This document shows positions 49,656 to 60,792 of a DNA stretch of 64,000 bases, in pieces. The DNA is from an uncultured Spirochaetota bacterium. GTDB taxonomy: Bacteria; Spirochaetota; Brevinematia; Brevinematales; JAOACQ01. The stretch spans positions 140,210 to 204,209 of the forward strand of contig CAWAOD010000018.1 in assembly GCA_963783575.1 (NCBI GenBank), written 5' to 3'. Numbering within the stretch: the stretch's first letter is position 1; each line of letters starts with the position of its first letter. The notes beneath the pieces were generated by a model. That model did not search any database, was not told the origin of the DNA, and worked only from the letters and a program-made list of their open reading frames with translations. Position numbers and translations under genes: made by a program.

Positions 49656-50525
49656 ATGCATAATCTTATAAAAGTCAATTCCATTCCGATTATTTGTCTA
49701 ATTCTTTACTTTAGTTCAGCAATTTATCCTCAATCATCCCGACCTGATACATTAAGGATAGTTTCGCTGGGACCATATATCACAGAAGAAATATATCTTC
49801 TTGGTGTAGAAAACCAGCTTGTTGGAGATACAATTTATTGCGTTATACCGGAAGCGGCTAAAAAGATAGAAAAGGTCGGTGATGTTGTAAATATTAATAT
49901 AGAAAAAATAATCAGCTTAAAGCCTGGCATTATTTTCGCAACAAGCCTTACAAGCAGACAGAACATAGAAACAATGACAAAACTCGGTTTAAATGTTATA
50001 AGCTTAAACCAACCTGCAAATTTCAGTGAAATATGCAGCCAATTTTTACATATCGGAATATTATTGGGCCAAAAAAATAAAGCGGAAAGAATTATCGCTA
50101 CCGCTAAAAGAAAAGTTACATCAATAATAAAAAGGACAAATAACCTACCTAAAAAAAAGGTTTTTTTGGAAGTTGGAGTAAAGCCACTTTTTACTCAAAC
50201 AAAGGATTCGTATGTTAATGATCTTATCGAATTCGCAGGCGGTATTAATATTTCAAGGGAGGCATCATCCGGATTTATAAGTTATGAGACAGTTCTAGCC
50301 GCTAATCCGGATGTTATAATAATTGCTGGTATGGGAATGGAACTTAAAAATGAAATAAAAGAATGGCAGAAATATAAGACTTTAAAGGCGGTAAAAAATG
50401 CAGCTATTTTTTCAATTGATACATACAGCATTGGAAGTTCTTCCCCTGTTAACTTTTCAGAAACAATTATTGAATTAGTTAAAATGATCCACCCCGAAAT
50501 TGAATTGGGTTTGTCCAATGAATAA
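49656..50525 (+). CDS. Cobalamin / iron-chelate ABC transporter substrate-binding protein (BtuF-like)
   Basis: RIVSLGPYITEEIYLLG, NIEKIISLKP and NPDVIII motifs. aggag RBS upstream. Confidence 0.88.
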   Translation: MHNLIKVNSIPIICLILYFSSAIYPQSSRPDTLRIVSLGPYITEEIYLLGVENQLVGDTIYCVIPEAAKKIEKVGDVVNINIEKIISLKPGIIFATSLTSRQNIETMTKLGLNVISLNQPANFSEICSQFLHIGILLGQKNKAERIIATAKRKVTSIIKRTNNLPKKKVFLEVGVKPLFTQTKDSYVNDLIEFAGGINISREASSGFISYETVLAANPDVIIIAGMGMELKNEIKEWQKYKTLKAVKNAAIFSIDTYSIGSSSPVNFSETIIELVKMIHPEIELGLSNE

Positions 50526-51525
50526 GAAATACGGCAAATGGATTTTATATGTTATATTGTTTTCTTTGATTCTAACATTCACAGCAATAATCTCTCTCTG
50601 TGTAGGTAGTTACCATATTCCCTTTCAAAAAATAATATATTTTATATTTCAGGATACACAGAGTATGGAGCATTCTATACTTTTTAACATCCGCCTTCCA
50701 CATATATTGCTGGGAATCGCTGTCGGCGGTAGTCTAAGCTTGTCAGGAGTAATATTACAGGGGATGTTCAGAAATCCCCTTACCGAACCCTATACTCTGG
50801 GTATCGCTGGGGGAGCGGTTCTAGGCGTCAGCATAAATATTGTTTTTAGGCTTGGTAATGTTTTCGGATTTATTATTTTTCCGATATCAGGTTTTTTAGG
50901 AGCCCTTCTTGTGATTATCCTAATTTATGTTTTTAATATCCGGAAGGGTATTGTAAAAATTCAGGGCCTTTTATTAACCGGGGTCATGATGAGTTTCATT
51001 TCATCTTCCCTTAATATGCTTATAATGTCGATCGCCAGAACAGAAGACCTTCAAGGTATTATTCACTGGACAATGGGCTCTCTTTCCGAGTCTAACTGGA
51101 CTTTAATATTGATCATTTTGTCAGTTTCCATATTAGGACTTATCCTTTCATCTTTTTTCAGCTTGGATTTAAACGCCTTTGGGATGGGTGAAGAAGAGGC
51201 TATTCATATTGGTATTAACACAAGCAGGACAAAAAAGATATTATTTATCTTAGTATCGATTCTGGTTGGATTGAGTGTATCGGTAGGAGGAATCATCGGA
51301 TTTGTCGGTCTGATTGTTCCTCATTTTATGAGGCTTTCGGTAGGCGGCGACCACAGGATTCTTCTTGTCAGTTCATTTTTATCCGGGGCTGCTTTTCTTA
51401 TTCTCTGCGACATGATTGCAAGAATAATTATTTCACCGCTGGAACTTCCGGTTGGAGTAATTACAGGTATTATCGGGGGCATTTTGTTTATCACGGCAAT
51501 AAATAGAAAAAAGGCTGAAATATGA
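50518..51525 (+). CDS. FecCD/BtuC-family ABC permease
   Basis: IRLP, QGMFRNPLTEPYTLG, IGFVGLIVPH and ELPVGVIT motifs. Confidence 0.93.
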   Translation: MNKKYGKWILYVILFSLILTFTAIISLCVGSYHIPFQKIIYFIFQDTQSMEHSILFNIRLPHILLGIAVGGSLSLSGVILQGMFRNPLTEPYTLGIAGGAVLGVSINIVFRLGNVFGFIIFPISGFLGALLVIILIYVFNIRKGIVKIQGLLLTGVMMSFISSSLNMLIMSIARTEDLQGIIHWTMGSLSESNWTLILIILSVSILGLILSSFFSLDLNAFGMGEEEAIHIGINTSRTKKILFILVSILVGLSVSVGGIIGFVGLIVPHFMRLSVGGDHRILLVSSFLSGAAFLILCDMIARIIISPLELPVGVITGIIGGILFITAINRKKAEI

Positions 51526-52331
51526 CTGCTAACCTTTTAAATATTATTAATTTAACCTGCGGATATGATTCCAGGTTTTCCATAAAAAAAATTCAATTTA
51601 CTCTGGACCGAGGAAAAATCATCGGGATTATCGGCCCTAATGGTTCCGGTAAAACAACACTTCTCCGGGCAATGACAAATATTATCAAACCAAGTAATGG
51701 TGAAATATTACTGAATGGAAAGAATATAAGGAAATACGGTATAAAAGACCTTGCAAAACATATTGCGGTAGTTTCACAAAATATTGATGCCGAATATTTT
51801 ACCGTTAATGAATTTGTAATTTTCGGCAGATATCCGCATTTTGAAAATTATCAGTTTATTGAAACCGATAAAGATAATGAAATTGCCGGAAAATATATGA
51901 AAATGACCGATACTTACCCTTTAAAAGACAAATATTTCAATGAATTGAGTGGAGGAGAAAAACAGCTTGTTCAGATAGCAAGGGCTCTTACACAGGAACC
52001 TGAACTTCTGCTTCTTGACGAGCCGACTTCCCATTTGGATATAAAACATCAGGTTAGAATTCTTGATCTAGTAAGACGCCTTAACCGTGAAGCAGGAATT
52101 ACTGTTGTTATTGTTCTGCATGATTTAAACCTGGCATCGGAATACTGTGATGAATTAATTCTTATGGAAAATGGTACTATCCATAACAAAGGGACCCCTG
52201 AAGAGGTTTTAACTTATCAGGCGATTGAACAGGTCTACCAAACAATTGTAGTTGTTGAGAAAAATCCGGTATCATTAAAGCCATATATTTTCCTAGTTTC
52301 TGAAGAAGCGAAACATCTGAATAAGAGATAA
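51522..52331 (+). CDS. FecE/BtuD-family ABC ATPase
   Basis: GPNGSGKT, LSGGE, LLLLDEPTSHLD and HDLNLA motifs. Confidence 0.95.
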   Translation: MTANLLNIINLTCGYDSRFSIKKIQFTLDRGKIIGIIGPNGSGKTTLLRAMTNIIKPSNGEILLNGKNIRKYGIKDLAKHIAVVSQNIDAEYFTVNEFVIFGRYPHFENYQFIETDKDNEIAGKYMKMTDTYPLKDKYFNELSGGEKQLVQIARALTQEPELLLLDEPTSHLDIKHQVRILDLVRRLNREAGITVVIVLHDLNLASEYCDELILMENGTIHNKGTPEEVLTYQAIEQVYQTIVVVEKNPVSLKPYIFLVSEEAKHLNKR

Positions 52332-52333
52332 TT

Positions 52334-53135
52334 TTAATACTGCAGATCCTTAGAAATTAACTTTATCCACTCATCTGTTTTTTGCGAATAATATCCCGAA
52401 GGGTATCTATCCTTGAATTCCTGAAAAAGAACAAGAGATTCCTTTTTCTGATTCATTTCATAATAAGTCAATGCCTTTTGATAATATGCTTCTTCGTCTC
52501 CAGCTGTAACACTATTATTTAAAGCTTTATTGATAAAATTTAAAGCGGTATTATAATCTTTATTAATTGAATAAATTGAAGCAATTTTTAATAAGGCGGA
52601 ATCCGACATGTCATCTTTTGGAAATAGATTAACAATATTCAATAAATATTCAATGGCTTTGTCATAAACTTTTGCTTGAATCAGATATTCAGAATAGAAT
52701 AACGTTTGCTTTAAAAATGCATTTTTAACATTATCAAAATTTATACTTTTTGGAAAAGAAGAAAAATAGTTTAAATATTCCTGTATAGCTTCAGGATATT
52801 TCCCCTGTTCAATATAAACCCGGGCCCTCCCGATTATTGAGTATTCTCCGCTTGCATTGTTGAAAAACCCCAGGGAATCATTATAATTTTTGATATACAG
52901 ATTGGCATATCCCAGATAAATTGCGATTTCCCCCCTTTTTATCACATCTGCTTTAAAATATGCATCCTCTAAATAATTTATTGTAACCGGATCAAAACGC
53001 TCATATTCTTTAGCTATTTTCCCGAGCAAAATTACAGCATTGATATAATCATCATTATCAATATGTGCGGATGAAACAACTTCTTCAATATAATTTTTTG
53101 AAATATCGAATTCTTTTTTTTGAAAAAATATAGTC
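52334..53135 (-). CDS. TPR / BamD-YbgF-like protein, 5' end cut at the segment junction
   Basis: AT-rich TPR motifs ending FKDRYPSG. The first ~13 residues of the ORF-track translation come from the GC-rich segment. Confidence 0.7.
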
Positions 53136-53210
53136 GCACACCGCAAGCAATGACATCTGACGTTCCAGCCCACCATTGCCGAGGCAGTCTGCGAGAAGCA
53201 AGACCTTCAT
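53136..53210 (-). CDS. N-terminal fragment of a GT4-like glycosyltransferase, cut at the junction
   Basis: MKVLLLADCLGNGGLERQMSLLA. Its ATG overlaps the upstream stop (ATGA). Confidence 0.6.
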
Positions 53211-54220
53211 AGGGGTTTCACCACCGGTTGATGGTCTGTCCGAAGCCACTCTGCCATCGGCGTTAAGGTCGAGAGTTCCCCACACCGGCCCACAAAGCCG
53301 AAGAACGTGTCGAGACAGCCGAGAACCTCTCGCACCGACTGGGCGTCTCGACGAAAGGGACTACCGCCGGGCATCAACTCGCTGCTATGGAACATCATGA
53401 CCGCGCCGACGAGCCCCAGGCAGGACGCGCAGCGCCAGACGTTCGCGAGGTGTCTTCGGCTCTATATCGGGGATCGGCATAGCCGACATGGGCTGTGGCC
53501 GCAGCCAACGTGCCAGCAGAATCCTTCCGTACAGCACGTACCGGCAAAGCCATACACGGAAAGCGGCGGTCTGCACTTGCGCAGTCAGAGTATAGGTCGG
53601 AAGAACCGTAACGGGAATCTCGAGCGAGTCGACGCCCGCTCCCTCACATAATCAGGAAGGATGCGCCGAATACCTCCGAAAGTCGGGCCCCCTTCGCCGT
53701 TCAGCCCCCCGGTGACCTCGCCACGAGTCAGAGTGGCGAGACTGACGAGTCGACCATGTACCCGGCATCCGCCAAGAGCCCGGCAATCCTTCCGTCGAAT
53801 CCGAATCGGCCTGCTCGATACAAGGTGGGCGGACTAGCCGAAGGCCGAGCTCAGTTGGTCGGTCAGCATTGATATCTTCTCGCCAAGAAGGTCGCTGGGC
53901 AATTGGCGACGGAAAGCATGTTCGGGGTGTTGAAGCGAATCCCGGCCGGTCAAGGAATGGAGGAGTCGTCCACGGGTGGAGATGACCCCCAACCTCCGCC
54001 GCACCGCGACGCGACCACTCGTCCAAGCAGCTCCCGCGCCCGCTCCATCCTCGAGAATCTCGGTCGTCACAAGATACGTGGGCACCACGCCATGTCGATC
54101 GCAGAGATCCTGAGAAGACGGAGCCCAGAACGCAGACATTGCGCGTCGTCAGGGAACCCCATGGTCCCATTGGCTGTCGGCTTCGGTGTCGATGGTGACG
54201 ACAAGCCACATTGCAATCAT
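53207..54220 (-). pseudogene. Polysaccharide deacetylase (WalW-like), multiply frameshifted (probably sequencing errors)
   Basis: Fragments in different frames: MIAMWLVVTIDTEADSQW, LCDRHGVVPTYLVTTE, EVGGHLHPWTTPP, MMFHSSELMPGGSPF. Confidence 0.7.
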
Positions 54221-54299
54221 TCTCCCGTGCTGCAACCGGCCCAGGGTTGTGCCCGTCGGCCCCGCGACGCTCGAGACGTTCACCCGAGCAGGGTGCAAG

Positions 54300-54770
54300 T
54301 ATCGTTCGAACATCAGCACGTGACACGCATGCAGTCAACACCTTGAGCTGCTGCGTCAATCCTAGCCCCTGCGCACGTCTTTACTCAAGAACACCACGAA
54401 GTTGATCGACCAAAGAGCCAGGCTAACTCCGCGTTTTGCGCCACGCGGCTTCCCAGCTACCAAGATAGTTGAGGCACGCGGGCTGGTGTAGTTTTGCCCG
54501 AAGGTCAACCCGAGCTTCGGCGCCACGCCTGGAGCCTTCTCACCGCCGTGGCCGAGCCAACGACAAGAGGCGAGAAGACACGTTCGTGGACACCGCAACG
54601 AACTTGCGCGGCGGATTTTCCTGGGAGCGAACCCTGCGTCGTACTCATTGATGCCCCACAGCGAATTGTCGGGCCGCGCGGCCAGACTATAGCCGTCCAA
54701 GTCGAACTCGGCACAGCCGTGGGCTCTCGCCCAGCGCATCGCCTCCCAAAGAGAAGATGGCTGGTTGGCT
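54300..54770 (-). pseudogene. C-terminal part of a FemAB/FemX-like (GNAT) peptidyltransferase, frameshifted and 5' truncated; ends approximate
   Basis: LWEAMRWARAHGCAEFDLDGY...LWGINEY motif. Confidence 0.6.
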
Positions 54771-57154
54771 TTGGAATAAAAAGCTGTGGGGAGTGGTCTT
54801 AGGCGCTTTTGCATTTCTGGGCGTACCCGGGGTCGGCTGGGGGGCGGCGCCGGTGGCGGTGGACAGCCTGAAGGCTATCTATGTCGGCCAACCGGTTTCG
54901 CCGGTGGACAAGCAGGCCGTTTCCCTGCTGCAGGAGGGCCTGCGACGGCTTTATGGACTGATCCTGCCAATCATCAACGATCCCACCAAGGTCGCGGAGG
55001 CCCGGGAGGGGGCTCGTCTTGGGTGCTGCGGCGGCCCTGGCTTCAGGGGCGGTGCGGCCGGAAGAGTTGGACGCCTCCTGGCCTGAGGGTCATGTCTATA
55101 AAGCCGGGGACGGCAGAATCGTCCTTGCCGGGAAGATGGGTTGGGACACCTACTTTGGGGTGGTAACCTTCCTGGAATCCCGGGGGGTCAAGTTCCTGGG
55201 GGAAAGCCTCCAGGAAGCCAAATGGCCCGCTCATGCCAGCCGGCAGGTCCCGGAGGCCGCCGAGGTCGTTAAACCCACCTTTGTCTTCAGACCGGGGTGG
55301 AATCAACTCTGGCGGGCGAACACTTGTGAGCACGGAGACCCGCACCATGGGGCCAACCCCGAGCTTTTCGATGCCAAACTGACCGGCTCGGACCTGTGGA
55401 TCGACCACACCGCCGGATATCTGGTTCCGAAACTCTTGTATTATGACCAGCATCCGGAGTATTATGCAGAGCTCAGTAATGGTCAGCGTATAGCCAAGTC
55501 GGCGTTTACCGACCACCGAACCCCCCTTTGCCTATCCAACCGGGACGTCACCAGGATTTCCATCGACAGGGCCTTAAAGTGGCTGAGCATGGAACCTGAC
55601 AAGAGATTCTTTAATATTACTTACGGCGATACAACAACGTGGTGCCAATGCCCCAGTTGCCGGGCTTTGGACCCGCGTAACAGGACAGTACGCCTCACGG
55701 GTATTGAAATGGGTAAACCCCATCGCCCGGGCCATCCGCGCCGATTATCCCCAGGCTATGGTGCGAACCTTTGCCTACCAAGGGACGGATGACCCCCCGC
55801 AGGGAATCGTGCCGGAGAGCAATGTGTGGGTTATCCTGGCGGTGGATTTGGGCGGCGTGCCCTTCTGGGATCATGCTCTCAAGACTAAAAATCCCCTGGT
55901 TGCCAAAAATGTGGCGAAACTGGATGGCTGGCGGAGAATTGCCCCTAATCGAGTGGCCGTATGTGAATACCTTGGTGGAATTTACAACCCTGCGCCTCTG
56001 GAAACACTGCAGTCTCGCCTGCGCTATTACGCCTCCAAGGGCCTAGCGGGAATCGCTTATACCTATGGCCAAACGTTGAATTTTGCGCCCATATTTAATT
56101 ACGTGTTTGCCAAGCTTATGTGGGATCCTAACACGGACGCGGCTGCGGCTTCCCATGAAATCCTGGAGGCGCACTATCGGGCCGCAGCTCCCGCTATCCA
56201 AGCTTACCTGGACCTCTGTGGGCAACGCTACCGGGAGACCCTGCAGACGGTTACCAAACTTCGCAACCTCTACCCGCCGGATTTTTATGCGGATGCTTTT
56301 GTGGAAAAAGCTCTGAAGCTTTTTAGTCAGGCAAGAAGCGCCGTGGCGGCCGATCCCGGCCTCAGCAAGGAACTTAGGAACGAAGAAAAGCTTTTCCTGG
56401 CAGACGTTTTGCGTCATCTGCCGGACAATATCTCTGACAGTTTTATTATCGCCTATTGCGATCGGCTTCGTTCCATTTATCTCCAAGAGGGCCGGGAAGG
56501 GGTTTTCCTAAGGGAAATCAGCAATATGGTTCGAGACCTGGAGGGCAGAAAAGCTGGGACGAGGTTTCGTCCTCTGATCGGAGGCTGGCTGGCGTCCTTG
56601 CCAAACATACAGCCCAAATCCAGGGAGGGTTCGCTCATTTTTACTCCCGACCAGTTTTTATGGGGCGATGCCGGCCCGACGACCATTCCTGATGCGCCTG
56701 GCCAATGGTGGACTGGAAAAATAAAAAGCCCCCGGCGCTATGCGCTGGTTGTCTGGCCGAATGCCAGCAACTCGCGCGGTGTCCCCAATACGGCATTCAT
56801 GGAAGCGAGGTTCAAACTTGTTTCCCGCCTTGGCGACGGCAGCGGGGTTCTGCTCATTGAAGCGCAGGATGCGATGCTGGCGGGGGATGAGAGGATAAGC
56901 GATCGGCTCTACGGGCACAGATGGTGGTCTCCGTAAATGGCAAGGAGATATATACCGGGACCTCTGGATTCCCCAGGGGCGACTGGGCAACTAAAAAATT
57001 TATCATTCCACCGGGGGCCCTGCATGAGGGTTCGAACGTGGTTAGGATCGCCAATCGCTCGGGCTACAATTATTGTGAAACCACCAATTGGCTGTGCTTG
57101 AGCATGGTGACGGTATTGGTGGGCCCCAAAGCTGAACCAGCACACCAAAGTTGA
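54757..57154 (+). pseudogene. DUF4838-domain secreted protein (glycoside-hydrolase-like), split into four frames; start uncertain
   Basis: Signal peptide, TYFGVVTFLES, YDQHPEYYA...PLCLSN, WCQCPSC, TFAYQGT..PP and YVFAKLMWDP motifs. Shifts near 55020, 55690 and 56900. Confidence 0.75.
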
Positions 57155-57500
57155 TGCGAGTGACAAAACCGTGAGCAAGTAGCAACCTATATTGCTATAT
57201 TGCATGGCCGAGGAAGTGTTGAACAAATCTTAATGTGGGATTGGATGACGACGTATAAGCCACACCCTGGAAGCATCGATCACCTTCCGAATCAATTTCA
57301 CGCCTTTGGAAATTCCTTGGTTTTTCCTTGATCGGCTGGTGATTGAGGAAATCTTTCTGATGTATGATTTCCTTCTATCCTCGAGACCCTGTCTTTTACC
57401 CCTTGGCCTGTGGCCGCCTGGACATGTTTTAACAAGGGTGGCTCACGGGTCCCGTTTCTAAGGGGTTTTCCTCGCTAACCGGCCCTTCTTTTTATTTCAA

Positions 57501-57554
57501 TAAAAAACCAGCCCCTGGTCCTCGGGAAAGGCGCGCTGAGGACCTGGGGCTGGT
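57501..57554 (-). terminator. Intrinsic terminator of the beta-helix/BACON gene
   Basis: aaccagcccc..ggtcctc / gaggacc..ggggctggtt stem with an A-tract on the + strand. Confidence 0.75.
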
Positions 57555-57570
57555 TGGTTATTGTCGAAAC

Positions 57571-60298
57571 TTATCTCCAGTAAGACGTTGAGCCGGCTTG
57601 GGTTACCGTGCACTGCTGGCCCGCTACCGTAATGACCCCAGTTCTACTGCTTCTCGAGGTGTTTCGAGCCACAGTGTAATTCACCCTGCCGTTGCCACTG
57701 CCGCTCTTACCGCTCGTGACGGTTATCCATGAGGCATTGTCGACCGCAGTCCACGCAGCGCCGGTGCTTGCAGTTACAATTATAGTGCTTGAACCGCCCG
57801 CCGCACTAAATGATTTGCTGGTGGGCGAAATGGAGTAGGTTGGCGTTGGTGTCGGCGTAGGTGTAGGCGTAGGTGTAGGAGTAGGTGTTGGCGTAGGTGT
57901 AGGCGTAGGTGTGGGCGTAGGTGTAGGCGTCGGTGTAGGTGTCGGCGTTGGTGTAGGTGTTGGTCGTCGGCGTAGGCGTAGGCGCCGGGGCGCCCGCTTG
58001 AGTCACCGAGAACTGCTGGCCCGCCACGGTAATGGCCCCAGTTATAGTCCGTGGTGTCAGTGTTCGACGCCACCGTGAAGGTCACCTGACCAGTGCCGAT
58101 GCCGCCCGTACCCGCAGTGAGGGTGATCCAGGAGGCGTTGGCGGCGGCCGTCCAGTTGCAGTTGCTGACTGAGGTCACCTGGATGCTCCCCGAACCGCCG
58201 GCACTCGTAAAGGATTGCGCGGTTGGGGAGATGGAGTAGGTACAAGCCGGCGGCGAGGACGTGGACGTGGCCGGAAGTTGGTTCACGCCCATGTCAACGG
58301 GGGATGGCGGTGCCGGAACAGGATTATTCCAGAAGTCCGACGTCAATCCCACATTTTTTCCTGCATTGACGCAGGGAGAGGAGGATTGCAATTGAAAGTC
58401 GAGGGCTAAGGAAAATGCCCCCGATTGATTTGTATTCAAAGGATTCGATGTTATTGAGTGCGCATCCCAAGGGCCGCCTGTGGGAGATAGGGACTTCCAT
58501 TGCGCGAAGGTGCCATTGCTCAACCCCTCTTTTGGTGAGGAGTAGCCAAAATTATTGCCAGGATAGTAGCAATTATAATCTACGGAGTTAGTTGTGCCAG
58601 TGAAGTCGCAACTTTCCTGATAGTCGACATAAACTCCCTTAACATTAGCCACGATATTATTATTAACAGTATAGCCGCTCGTGCTATGCATGGCGATGCC
58701 ATTGTCGCAGTTATAAATCTGGTTGTTATAGCAAGTGGATCCCCCTTGCGGCCTCACCAGGATTATGCCGTAACCAGTGCAATTTGCCACGATGTTATCA
58801 TAAATCTGCACGGTATTATCAGAATACGTGGTTGCAGAATCCCACCATATACCACCACTGCCGGGGTCACAGTTGTGGATATAATTACGAGCAACCACAT
58901 TGCCGGTCTGCGGTAACTGCGCTTCCTGCAAAGCTACGGAACTGCTAGTCACCGCATAAGGGCCAGCATAAGTGCTGCCTTGCAGGTCAAAACTTTTGGA
59001 GTCGACTTTGGTCACGGTCCAGATTTTATTGCCTAAGTTGTGCTGCCCGGCAACCTCAAGGATGCTAACCCGATCACCGGTAATATAATCATGGCCTGTA
59101 GTTGTGACCCGTATCAAGCCACTGCCGTTATTCGTCAGAGCGGTAATTGGCCATAATTGGGTAGCGCCGCCTTCCCAATAGTGCAATCCGGCATTATTAT
59201 CTCCGCTGCAATGACCACTCAAATCGTTGCCAATGATTTTGGAGTCTTTTAGATTTTGAAAACACAAACAATCATTATCACCGCCTACATTTGCCGACAC
59301 GTTCCATTCTTTTTCATTGTGTGAACCACGTCCAGGGAAGGTGTTGTTGTTCGTAACAGTATTGTTGAGAACATTCAACCGCAGATGACCCTCCGGGCCA
59401 TTATTGGTATTCTCAAATGACATACTGGCTCCGCTAACCACTCCTGTACAATGATCAAAAGTGCAATTCTGCACGGTTGTATCGATCCAATAGTAGTGAC
59501 TTTGCCAGTTGCACCACAGGCTGATCCCGGTGTTAATAAAATCGCAGTTCTGAATGGTCCAGCCCTGTAAATTGAAGTTGCTGTAACCTCCGGCAACGAT
59601 ATAGATGCCCTCATGGGTGAATTTCAAATCGTCAATTGTGAAGTAAGAATTGGACTTTGGTGGCATTCCATCCTATGTTAATGGTCTTAGCATAATAAAG
59701 AATTCCATCTTGTACTCCGCCGGCGTGTGACCTGTCGGGGGTTTATAATAAACTTTGTAGTACTGTTGTCCGCATAGCAATCGCCATCGGAACAAGCCGA
59801 CGAGCTTGCGATCCATAGCGGCAGGCCATTCTCGTAAAGATAATTTCCAAAAGCGTTTAAACCAAGGCTGGAAAAATCGTAAGAATAGACTCCCGTAGAG
59901 CCGACTTGTGTCCAAGCCCCGGTCAGCAGAACGCTGGAGTTCATCAAGGGCTTCTCTGTCTCAGTTGCGGTATTGACCGCGTAAGAAGTCAGAGTAATAG
60001 GCGCTCCAGACGAGCCGCTGCAACTGGCTAAATCTATCATGCCCCGAAATTCCTGCGGAGCCCCGGAAGTGCCCTTGCGAAATTTGATGTAGTCGCCGGC
60101 GACTATCGTTCCAGCTTGAAAAAGTGAGTTGATTTTGTCAATAGTCTTAAAGGGAAGGTTAATGTTGTCGGATTGTCCGGTAGCGTCATTGCCATAGACG
60201 GAGTCAACATAGTATGTTGTGGCCCAGGCTGATATGGTAAAGAGGGAGAGAAGGATAACAACAAAAATTGAAATTAACGATAAATGGACTTTTTTCAC
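57571..60298 (-). CDS. Large secreted protein: parallel beta-helix region, choice-of-anchor-Q-like segment, BACON domain, Pro-Thr linker, BACON domain (several frameshifts)
   Basis: Signal peptide then [12 protein letters not shown]. PbH-like N-rich repeats, [14 protein letters not shown]...DMG, two YSISPT..SF..AGG...W.A..NASWIT...VTQAG domains. The last frame ends QAGSTSYWR with the stop at 57571-57573. Confidence 0.8.
57835..57984 (-). repeat. Hexamer tandem repeat encoding a (Pro-Thr)n linker
   Basis: About 25 degenerate units of ggtgta/ggcgta on the + strand (ccn acn on the - strand). Confidence 0.9.
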
Positions 60299-60370
60299 GG
60301 CAGTTCTCCTTGATGTCTGAGGCTGCCAGAAAAAGTCGCATTACGGCTTGGAAATAATGACTGGCGTTGC

Positions 60371-60462
60371 CTCAGGTTTGGTGACCCGGCCTTCTTGCCT
60401 CACAGCAAGACCCGTGGCTTTGCGTCCCATCCTTGCGAATGGTTTGCCCTTGTCAGCCTGAG
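60371..60462 (-). ncRNA. Cyclic di-GMP-I (GEMM) riboswitch
   Basis: Minus strand reads caagggcaaaccattcgcaaggatgggacgcaaagccacgggtcttgctgtgaggcaagaaggccgggtcacc, matching the GEMM consensus (GGCAAACC, GNRA loop, GGGACGCAAAGCC, GGGUYACC). It lies about 70 nt upstream of the GTG start at 60298. Confidence 0.93.
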
Positions 60463-60587
60463 ACTTTTGATGCTAATTCAGAGTTTCCGGTCTTATTGGA
60501 AGATTCCTTCAAAAGCCTTAATTTTTGCTAATTAGGGTTTTAATATAGCCAAACCACTAAAGTAAAATGAATCTTAGTGAATCCCCC

Positions 60588-60629
60588 GGTTTTGCAAAGG
60601 GGAAACCTGGTTTTGTAAAGGGTAAACCT
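60588..60629. promoter_or_regulatory. 21-bp tandem direct repeat, candidate regulator binding site
   Basis: ggttttgcaaaggggaaacct / ggttttgtaaagggtaaacct (19 of 21 identical). Confidence 0.55.
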
Positions 60630-60792
60630 GAATATTGGGTTAATGGTGATCTGCGCATGCTGCAAACAAAGCCATCTGAAAGGGTGGCCCATAAGTGATA
60701 TCTTGCCATGATCGACAATTATCGTTTGAGCGGGAAAAGAACCATAGATGATTTGGCTATTGTTCTAATGGCAAGCTGCTGACTGCTCAGGG

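Noticed and set aside
52334..53285. ORF-track proteins 52334-53176 and 53085-53285 as real full-length genes
   Set aside because: Both cross the composition junction near 53135 and are chimeric translations.
57780..58030. His/Leu/Arg-rich or Tyr/Ala/Thr repeat proteins in the ORF track
   Set aside because: These are off-frame translations of the (Pro-Thr)n linker caused by indels.
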